Virus record (IMG/VR): IMGVR_UViG_3300027793_000055
Location: 64,001 to 128,000 of that record
Length of the DNA: 64,000 bases
Direction: 5' to 3' (one strand)
From: a virus
Each line of letters opens with the position of its first letter. The first letter of the stretch is position 1. Under the pieces are notes generated by a model that ran no database searches, was not told the DNA's origin, and was given only the letters and a program-made list of their open reading frames with translations. The translations under genes and the position numbers were made by a program. Positions 57,890-63,985 of the stretch are shown piece after piece.

Positions 57890-58152
57890 CAGGTATCATA
57901 TTCTGTTACATCAAATTCTTTATTTGTATACGTATGTATAACTTTTGTTACTGTTCCTATTGAAGTTGGAATAAAAATATATCTTATTCCACCACCTATA
58001 GCGCCATAATATGCATATTTACCGCCACAAGTTAAATCATACCACTCATCAAAAGTCATAGTATTTTTTTGTTCTTCTATAACTTCTTGATCAATTTTTT
58101 TTAACCACTTATTAATCTTTTCTTGTTGCTCGCTGGTTAATTCAAATTTCAT
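57886..58152 (-). CDS. Hypothetical phage protein
   Basis: 88 aa, YYGAIGGGIRYIFIPTSIG; coupled to neighbours. Confidence 0.7.
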   Translation of the reverse strand: MKFELTSEQQEKINKWLKKIDQEVIEEQKNTMTFDEWYDLTCGGKYAYYGAIGGGIRYIFIPTSIGTVTKVIHTYTNKEFDVTEYDTW

Positions 58153-58574
58153 ATTGATTGCTCTGGACAGGAAAGTATTTCTATTCCTCTTTTCTTGAGA
58201 AGATCTAAACCCTTTTCACTGCGATATGGTAGACAATAAATTACTTTTTTAATATTAGAATTAATTATTAATCTAGCGCAAACAGGACAAGGAGCGTGAG
58301 TTATATATATCTTCCTAGGTCTTGGATCATTATAGTTCATTTTTGCTATGGCATTAACTTCTGCATGAATGAAATTTGAACAGCCAGGTTCTAAACTATC
58401 TGGCTTATTATCTCCACCTTTTTCATCGCCATTATAACCAATAGCTAAAACGGTTTCATTATCTTCCGTGACAATAACAGCGCCCACTTTTAATCGTGGG
58501 TCATTTGAGCGGGTTGCGATATCATTTGCAAGTCGCATCCAGATATCATCCCAAGATAGTTTAAATTTACGCAT
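58149..58574 (-). CDS. dCMP deaminase (cytidine/deoxycytidylate deaminase family)
   Basis: WDDIWMRLA...KVGAVIV...GYNG...IHAEVNAI...THAPCPVCARLII; start taken at ATG 58574. Confidence 0.92.
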   Translation of the reverse strand: MRKFKLSWDDIWMRLANDIATRSNDPRLKVGAVIVTEDNETVLAIGYNGDEKGGDNKPDSLEPGCSNFIHAEVNAIAKMNYNDPRPRKIYITHAPCPVCARLIINSNIKKVIYCLPYRSEKGLDLLKKRGIEILSCPEQSI

Positions 58575-58857
58575 CGCCTTTTTTCTGCTGAACCGAACCA
58601 AGTTCTTGGCTTATTAATGACAAGAGATATTTTTCTGCACTGCTCTTTGTCATTTCTATAGCTTCATTATCGACATTTTCATTTCTTAATTTAAACTCAA
58701 AATAACCAGTTACAGTCAATAATGATGAATAAACTAACAATACTGATTGTGGATCTTCATCGTGCAAATTATAATACACAGCTTCAGTAATATCAGAAAT
58801 ACATTTTTGTATTCTTTCTGATAATTCAAATATCTTTTCGTATTCGTCGTCTTTCAA
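58567..58857 (-). CDS. Hypothetical protein
   Basis: 96 aa acidic ORF, TTG start overlapping the upstream stop. Confidence 0.6.
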   Translation of the reverse strand: MKDDEYEKIFELSERIQKCISDITEAVYYNLHDEDPQSVLLVYSSLLTVTGYFEFKLRNENVDNEAIEMTKSSAEKYLLSLISQELGSVQQKKGDA

Positions 58858-59006
58858 GACTTGCCTCTAAATTTCTTTTTATAACAAATATCACACAAAC
58901 ATTCACCTTTACAGGTTGTATGTTGAAACTCATTTAAACAAGTATCACACATACGGTGCGGCAGCTTAAGAAATTTACGTAGTAATTTTGAAATAAAATG
59001 TGGCAT
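58854..59006 (-). CDS. Small Cys-rich (zinc-finger-like) protein, 50 aa, not in ORF track
   Basis: MPHFISKLLRKFLKLPHRMCDTCLNEFQHTTCKGECLCDICYKKKFRGKS; two CxxC; TTGA overlap with the next gene. Confidence 0.6.
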   Translation of the reverse strand: MPHFISKLLRKFLKLPHRMCDTCLNEFQHTTCKGECLCDICYKKKFRGKS

Positions 59007-59039
59007 AAGAAATATGATCTGAACTCGATAATGCTAATT

Positions 59040-59116
59040 TGGTGCCCTGTGAGGAATTCGAATCCCCGACCTTACCGGTAGAAACGGTTTGCTCTGTCCA
59101 ACTGAGCTAACAGGGC
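59040..59116 (-). tRNA. trnR: tRNA-Arg(UCU)
   Basis: GCCCTGT-TA-GCTCAGTTGGACAGAGC-A-AACCG-TT[TCT]AC-CGGTA...ACAGGGC-A-CCA; A20 Arg identity element; A27.A43 mismatch. Confidence 0.95.
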
Positions 59117-59122
59117 ATACTT

Positions 59123-59260
59123 TTATTTTCCTAGCAAACGATAAATATCTACAAAACCAACACATTGACCAACTGTCAGACAAACAATTAGTAGGGCCCC
59201 TAGGCCACCAAATTGTCTAAAGAATTCTCTAACGGCACCAGCCCAAGTATCAGGTTGCAT
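59123..59260 (-). CDS. Small membrane protein, 45 aa, not in ORF track
   Basis: MQPDTWAGAVREFFRQFGGLGALLIVCLTVGQCVGFVDIYRLLGK; one hydrophobic helix; overlaps the upstream ORF end. Confidence 0.55.
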   Translation of the reverse strand: MQPDTWAGAVREFFRQFGGLGALLIVCLTVGQCVGFVDIYRLLGK

Positions 59261-59576
59261 TTTGTTTTTCTTTCTCTAGATAGAATTTTTCTACTTTTAC
59301 TCTATGTTGATGTAATAATACAATTAAACGGTTTAAATCGTCCTCTTTGATTGTTGCAATATCCCAATGACCAAATTTGCATTCATAACCAAAGAGGTAT
59401 TTTACGGCTGTTACAAAGCGTTTAAACAAGCCTCTGTACTGGTTTAACTGAATTGAGATATAAAGTTCCGGTGGAAGATCTCTATCCCAAGCATTTTCAG
59501 AAGTAACACGAAAAATGTGTTGTTCACTTTGACAATCACAATCAAAATGATGATTTTCGAAAGTATTGTTATTCAT
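59250..59576 (-). CDS. Hypothetical phage protein
   Basis: 108 aa; FDCDCQSEQH...KYLFGY..KFGHWD. Confidence 0.7.
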   Translation of the reverse strand: MNNNTFENHHFDCDCQSEQHIFRVTSENAWDRDLPPELYISIQLNQYRGLFKRFVTAVKYLFGYECKFGHWDIATIKEDDLNRLIVLLHQHRVKVEKFYLEKEKQNAT

Positions 59577-59592
59577 ATTATTTATATATATT

Positions 59593-59669
59593 TGGTACTC
59601 CCGGTTGGATTTGAACCAACGACTTTCGCCTTATAAGAGCGACACTCTAACCAACTGAGTTACGGGAGC
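59593..59669 (-). tRNA. trnI: tRNA-Ile(UAU)
   Basis: GCTCCCG-TA-ACTCAGTTGGTTAGAGT-G-TCGCT-CT[TAT]AA-GGCGA-AAGTC-GTTGGTTCAAATCCAAC-CGGGAGT-A-CCA. Confidence 0.95.
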
Positions 59670-59706
59670 ACATCCACCAAACCGTCTGGGGCCGATCTGG
59701 TGAACC

Positions 59707-59735
59707 ATCTTAACACGATCTGGGGAGCGCGTCAA
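59707..59735 (-). promoter_or_regulatory. Sigma70-type promoter for tRNA-Ile
   Basis: TTGACG-N17-TAAGAT with extended -10 (GTGT); same architecture as 57337..57365. Confidence 0.85.
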
Positions 59736-59980
59736 GCAGTAGGCGTTTGTTTTTTATTTTTTTTAGATTTCTGCTCAACAACAATTTCTTCTGGCTTTCG
59801 TGATTTAACTACAAATTTACCAGTCGATGGTAGAAATTTTACTTTTGCTTTTAGTCCATCTTTGCTATCAGTAAGCAAATTTTTTCTTACAGAATCCGCT
59901 GTTTCAAAACTGTCACAGACTTTTTCGACTTTCCACGGTTGACCTTGTTTTTGTTCAACCACTTCTTTAAGATCGTTCAT
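59732..59980 (-). CDS. Hypothetical basic protein
   Basis: MNDLKEVVEQKQGQPWKVEK...KFVVKSRKPE; ATG at 59980 with GGAG RBS. Confidence 0.65.
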   Translation of the reverse strand: MNDLKEVVEQKQGQPWKVEKVCDSFETADSVRKNLLTDSKDGLKAKVKFLPSTGKFVVKSRKPEEIVVEQKSKKNKKQTPTA

Positions 59981-60056
59981 ATTGTGCTCCAAAATATTTA
60001 ACGGAATTACAGAGATTCAAAATCGTAATTTCAATTCTTCTGAACTATTTACTGTT

Positions 60057-60710
60057 ATGAAGATGTATAACAGAACTTGTCTTGTTTGTAAATGTAATTT
60101 TCTTAGAAATTCAAGCGATGAAGCTAGCAGAAGAAATAAAAATATGATTTTGGAATTTTGTTCTAAAAACTGTTATAAGCAGTATCAACAAAATTTAAAA
60201 ACCAAAGTCAACTGTCGCAATTGTAATACTAGTTTTTTTAAAAAACAAAATCAAATTTTAAAAACAAAAAATAATTTTTGTTCCAAATCATGCGCGGCGA
60301 CTTTCAATAATAAGAATAAAGTCTTTGGTATTCGACGCTCTAAATTAGAAATGTATATAGAAGAACAATTAAGAAATGATTTTCCATCTTTAAAATTTGT
60401 TTTTAATTCAAAAGAATTGATACAATCAGAATTAGATATTTTTATACCTGAATTAAAATTAGCTTTTGAATTAAATGGAATATTTCATTATGAACCAATT
60501 TATGGTAATTCAAAACTTGATAAAATTCAAAATAACGATAAACAAAAAATTATCGCCTGTTTTGAACAAGGAATAGAACTTTGTATAATTGATACTTCAT
60601 CTTGTAAGTATTTAAATAATAACAATAAAATTAAATATTATAAAATTGTTAAGGACTTGGTCATTCAAAATATTGAACGTGCAGAAAAAACCAACGTGCA
60701 GGTGCCTTAA
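60057..60710 (+). CDS. Zinc-finger plus Vsr/EDxHD-like (DUF559-type) endonuclease; free-standing homing endonuclease candidate
   Basis: Two CxxC...FCSKxC repeats, then ELDIFIPELKLAFELNGIFHY...NDKQK...C...GIEL; antisense to the surrounding operon. Confidence 0.75.
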   Translation: MKMYNRTCLVCKCNFLRNSSDEASRRNKNMILEFCSKNCYKQYQQNLKTKVNCRNCNTSFFKKQNQILKTKNNFCSKSCAATFNNKNKVFGIRRSKLEMYIEEQLRNDFPSLKFVFNSKELIQSELDIFIPELKLAFELNGIFHYEPIYGNSKLDKIQNNDKQKIIACFEQGIELCIIDTSSCKYLNNNNKIKYYKIVKDLVIQNIERAEKTNVQVP

Positions 60711-60720
60711 TTTTTTTCCT

Positions 60721-60805
60721 CGGGCAGAGTGAGATTCGAACTCACGATACCTCTCGGTATGCCGGGTTAGTAATCCGGTGCCGTAAGCCACTTGGCTATC
60801 TGCCC
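60721..60805 (-). tRNA. trnS: tRNA-Ser with ACU anticodon
   Basis: GGGCAGA-TA-GCC-AAGTGGCTTAC-GGC-A-CCGGA-TT[ACT]AA-CCCGG-C-ATACCGAGAGGTAT-C-GTGAGTTCGAATCTCAC-TCTGCCC-G; long variable arm and G73 indicate Ser; A31.C39 mismatch; no CCA. Confidence 0.85.
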
Positions 60806-60848
60806 ACTTTAAGTATCATAAACCAAACTTGAAGGTTTGTAAAGAGGT

Positions 60849-61445
60849 TTATCGTTGTGTCTTATTGCCTTGTGCTGCTGCACGGCGGCGAGTAATTTCG
60901 CTATCTTCTGGACTGATTACGGTTGATTTTGGTTGTTGTCTTTTTGCTCTTCCAATTGCAGTTTGTTTTGCTGCTTGAACTTTAATTCTTTCTTCTTCGT
61001 CTTCATCAGAGTCTTCTTCAGAGTCTTCTTCACCAGCTTCTTTTTTTTGTAGATCTAATCTTGCTTGTGTAATTTCTTCTGGCTCTTCTACTTTCTGTTC
61101 TAGGAAAGCTTTAAACCCGGAAATATTTTCCTTATCTAGACCTATTTTAAATAAAAGATTTTCTATGTAATCGTGCACATGTGTATTTGATATTTTTCTT
61201 CCTGCAATTACATCTTCTTCCGGCGTACCAGTTACAAGACCAGAAGATCTATTTAATTGTGTTCCAAAGTTTTCTATTTCTTGTATTTGAGAAATAATTT
61301 TTGCTTCAGGAGTGTTTGGTTCTGGTTGGAACTCGGTTACAAAATATTTTAAAACATCAACAGCATCTTGATGAATTGTTGATTCGCTTCTTTCTTGCAA
61401 CATATTTTTTTTAAATTCTTGTAATAGTTTTTTCATGTCATTCAT
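60849..61445 (-). CDS. Acidic/basic putative internal head protein
   Basis: N-terminal MKKLLQEF...MLQE; E/D tract and basic tail. Confidence 0.45.
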   Translation of the reverse strand: MNDMKKLLQEFKKNMLQERSESTIHQDAVDVLKYFVTEFQPEPNTPEAKIISQIQEIENFGTQLNRSSGLVTGTPEEDVIAGRKISNTHVHDYIENLLFKIGLDKENISGFKAFLEQKVEEPEEITQARLDLQKKEAGEEDSEEDSDEDEEERIKVQAAKQTAIGRAKRQQPKSTVISPEDSEITRRRAAAQGNKTQR

Positions 61446-61446
61446 T

Positions 61447-62397
61447 TTAAACACCACCTGCACCGGGAGGAGCACTTTTTGCTCTATCTGTTGGTGCCTT
61501 ATTTGGATAAGCTGAACCGGCCGGCTGTTTTCCTTTTGTTAACAAGCGAACCTTCCAACCTTTGCCTTTCTTTTCCATTTCTTTCTGAAAATTGCTTTTT
61601 TCTTCAGCAACAGTTTCTGGTTTTGCTGCCATCTCTTTTGCGTCTTTTTGAGCTTTTCTAGCAGCTTTTTGAAATTCAATTGCAGATAATTTTTTATATT
61701 TTGCTGAATTAATTATCTCTGGATTATCCGAGTCTTTTGCCATTTTCTCTTGAGCCTCTGCAGCCTTTCTTTCAGAATCAGCATCTCTGATCATATTATT
61801 GGCATTACTAACTGCTTGTTGTGCAACAGCTTTTGGATCCTCTTCTTCAAAAAGTTTATGAAGTTCACTTAAAACAATATTTTTTATATATTGTCTATCT
61901 TCTTCCAATAAACCATCATTAATTTCTAACGATTCCGATTTCTTACCCCATTCTTCACCTTTACCAGATGAATCACAATCACTTGGTTTTGGTCTACACG
62001 CAGGATATTTGGCTCTTTTTTCACCTTCTTGTCTACCACATGTTTTACAAGTTTTTTTACCTGTTTCTTTATCTGTTCGACAAGTATTACAATCTACCCA
62101 GCCTTTGCTTTTTCCTTTTCCACCTTGACGTGAAAACCATCCGCTCAAACTACTTTCTTTTTCTTTTTTAAAATCTGGCTTCTTCTTTTTCTTCTCTAAG
62201 AAAAATTCTAATTCTTCTGAAATTATATTTAATATTTCTTCTGTTAATTGTTCTTCTGATAAGCCTTTCCAGATTTTACCTTGGCGACATTTTACAACAG
62301 CACCAGAAGCATAAGCAGATGGCCATACATCATATTTACGTTTTGCAATACGTGTACAGCGGTCGCCTTTCTTCTTCTTCTCAAAAATAATTTTCAT
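61447..62397 (-). CDS. Basic multi-module protein (DUF5872-like), putative internal head protein
   Basis: KYDVWPSAYASGAVVKC and L.GWF...WVDC..CGR...YPACRP modules separated by L/I-x-E(E) linkers; ACTATTTA motif upstream. Confidence 0.5.
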   Translation of the reverse strand: MKIIFEKKKKGDRCTRIAKRKYDVWPSAYASGAVVKCRQGKIWKGLSEEQLTEEILNIISEELEFFLEKKKKKPDFKKEKESSLSGWFSRQGGKGKSKGWVDCNTCRTDKETGKKTCKTCGRQEGEKRAKYPACRPKPSDCDSSGKGEEWGKKSESLEINDGLLEEDRQYIKNIVLSELHKLFEEEDPKAVAQQAVSNANNMIRDADSERKAAEAQEKMAKDSDNPEIINSAKYKKLSAIEFQKAARKAQKDAKEMAAKPETVAEEKSNFQKEMEKKGKGWKVRLLTKGKQPAGSAYPNKAPTDRAKSAPPGAGGV

Positions 62398-62440
62398 AAA
62401 AATAAATAGTGCGTAACACGGTTAATACCACATTACGCAC
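62398..62440 (-). terminator. Strand-specific 14-bp hairpin plus U-rich tail
   Basis: Minus strand GTGCGTAATGTGGT-ATTA-ACCGTGTTACGCAC (three G.U pairs that form only on this strand), then TATTTATTTTT. Confidence 0.65.
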
Positions 62441-62448
62441 CACATTAA

Positions 62449-62655
62449 TCAATCTTGTTTGTTTTCTTGTTCGGCTTTTGCTGCAGCTTCATTTAATGAT
62501 TTAATTACAAATTCTTGAAGTTGTTCCTCAGTTAATTCTTCTACTGTTACTCCGTAACTTTTAGCAATTGCAGCCTCTGCTTCGTCATCTACTTCAAAGT
62601 CTAGAGTAACTGTACCATCACCATTTTCTTTAATACTATCAACTTTAATTTTCAT
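62449..62655 (-). CDS. Small acidic hypothetical protein
   Basis: 68 aa, MKIKVDSIKENGDGTVTLDFE; ATGA-type coupling. Confidence 0.7.
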   Translation of the reverse strand: MKIKVDSIKENGDGTVTLDFEVDDEAEAAIAKSYGVTVEELTEEQLQEFVIKSLNEAAAKAEQENKQD

Positions 62656-63035
62656 TTTACTCTCCCAAAGTCATCTTCGTATCTGATAATATCATCTTCT
62701 CCAAAATAGGTACCGGTCTGAACTTCAATAAATTTAAGTGGTACTGTGCCAATATTTTCAATACGGTGTTTGGTACCAAACGGTATTTTTACTTTATCAC
62801 CAGCCTTCATTGTGAATTTCATTACACCAAGTGTCATTAATCCTGTGCCTTCTGTTATTGTCCATATTTCTTCGCGTTTCTCATGTGATTGCAGACTTAA
62901 GCGTTTTTCTGGATTAACTTCAATTATTTTAACTTTGCAGTTATCGTCTTCATGAAGAATTTTATAATTTCCCCACGGTCTTACTGATGGATCGTTTTGT
63001 TTTTTACGTATTGCTGATATTAGTTTTTTAATCAT
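62652..63035 (-). CDS. Stand-alone mannose-6-phosphate isomerase type II cupin (ManC C-terminal domain)
   Basis: RPWGNY..L...KVK.I.V.P..RLSLQSH..R.E.W...IPFGTKHRIEN...FIEVQTGTYFGEDDIIRYEDDFGR; true ATG at 63035 (the ORF-track extension overlaps tRNA-Ala). Confidence 0.9.
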   Translation of the reverse strand: MIKKLISAIRKKQNDPSVRPWGNYKILHEDDNCKVKIIEVNPEKRLSLQSHEKREEIWTITEGTGLMTLGVMKFTMKAGDKVKIPFGTKHRIENIGTVPLKFIEVQTGTYFGEDDIIRYEDDFGRVK

Positions 63036-63044
63036 AGGTTTATT

Positions 63045-63121
63045 TGGTGGACCCGGAGACAAATCGAAGTCTCGATTCAAGCGTGCAAGGCTAGCGTTAT
63101 CGCCACTTTAACTACAAGCCC
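63045..63121 (-). tRNA. trnA: tRNA-Ala(UGC) with atypical T arm
   Basis: GGGCTTG-TA-GTTA-AAGTGGCGA-TAAC-G-CTAGC-CT[TGC]AC-GCTTG-AATC-GAGAC-TTCGATTT-GTCTC-CGGGTCC-A-CCA; G3.U70 and A73 Ala identity elements; 8-nt T loop, C53-G61. Confidence 0.85.
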
Positions 63122-63142
63122 ATATTCCTTTATTTAACTAGT

Positions 63143-63514
63143 TTACTTTTCTGAATCATTAAAATAATTTTCTGTTTCATATTGTCTTAAATACGTATTA
63201 AAACTCTCTAAATTCATACCTAAAAATCTAGCAGCTTCTGTTTTTGTACGTGTTGCAGATATAGCAAATTTAAGCATAGCATCTCTTACTATATTAGTAA
63301 TAGCTGACCACAGTGGAATTCCATATATATGGCCTCCTGAAGCTCTTGCAGAGAGTTCTAACTTAACTGCTATTACTTCTTCTAAAGAAAGTTTATTTAG
63401 AAAGATCTGACATTGCTCATTAATTCTTGATTCACTTTCTAATCTGGATATTACAGAGTAATACTTTCTGGTACCATATGGTTTCTTTTTTCTTTGGTAT
63501 GGTACTGTCTTCAT
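63143..63514 (-). CDS. Fis-like HTH-containing protein
   Basis: C-terminal ATRTKTEAARFLGMNLESFNTYLRQY. Confidence 0.6.
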   Translation of the reverse strand: MKTVPYQRKKKPYGTRKYYSVISRLESESRINEQCQIFLNKLSLEEVIAVKLELSARASGGHIYGIPLWSAITNIVRDAMLKFAISATRTKTEAARFLGMNLESFNTYLRQYETENYFNDSEK

Positions 63515-63786
63515 TTCTCGTCCTTACTGACACCTAGGATAGCATAGCCGGCTATATCTTGCCAAGGGCTTTCTCCAAAAGAATCTTTCTTGGTAGCGAT
63601 CCTGAATAACTTATCGATAAGTCTAGTAATAGCTAGTAGATCTGTATACTGTTCTGGTTGTACACCATTTGGATATAGGATCTTAATAATCTCAGCACTT
63701 TTTTCAAAAGAAGATCCATAAGCTTTATTTTTTTCTTCTACTAAAGATCCAATACTGGTACCAATTTCTAGAAAAGATCTGCTCAT
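63511..63786 (-). CDS. DUF1599 / nucleotide-modification-associated domain (Nmad1-like) protein
   Basis: LVEEKNKAYGSSF...RLIDKLFRI...ESPWQDIAGYAILG. Confidence 0.7.
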   Translation of the reverse strand: MSRSFLEIGTSIGSLVEEKNKAYGSSFEKSAEIIKILYPNGVQPEQYTDLLAITRLIDKLFRIATKKDSFGESPWQDIAGYAILGVSKDEK

Positions 63787-63805
63787 ACTATTTTCTTTCT
63801 TATAA

Positions 63806-63985
63806 GATCTATATTTTATTAATATAAGATCTTATTATTTATATTTTATTTTTTAAGATCTGGTAGATCTACTATAATCAGATCTTTTTGGATCTGTTAA
63901 GTGGTTGTGACGTCAAATGTGTGATCTGCACAGATCAGATCCGGATCTTCTGAACAAAGATCCGATCTTGTGCTACATTCTGATC
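63806..63985. promoter_or_regulatory. GATC-dense control region with divergent sigma70-like promoters; candidate origin
   Basis: 13 GATC in 180 bp; leftward TTAACA-N18-TATAGT (63900..63871); rightward TGAACA-N17-TACATT with TGTGC extension (63951..63979); palindromes ATAAGATCTTAT and AGATCCGGATCT. Confidence 0.6.

Noticed and set aside
59579-59586. T4-consensus late promoter TATAAATA
   Set aside because: Single occurrence in an AT-rich tRNA trailer; not the recurring upstream motif in this window.
63080-63124. AAGGA-ATG-GGC-TTG-TAG apparent mini-ORF, or a TTG start/promoter for the cupin
   Set aside because: The sequence is the 5' half of tRNA-Ala; the cupin starts at ATG 63035.
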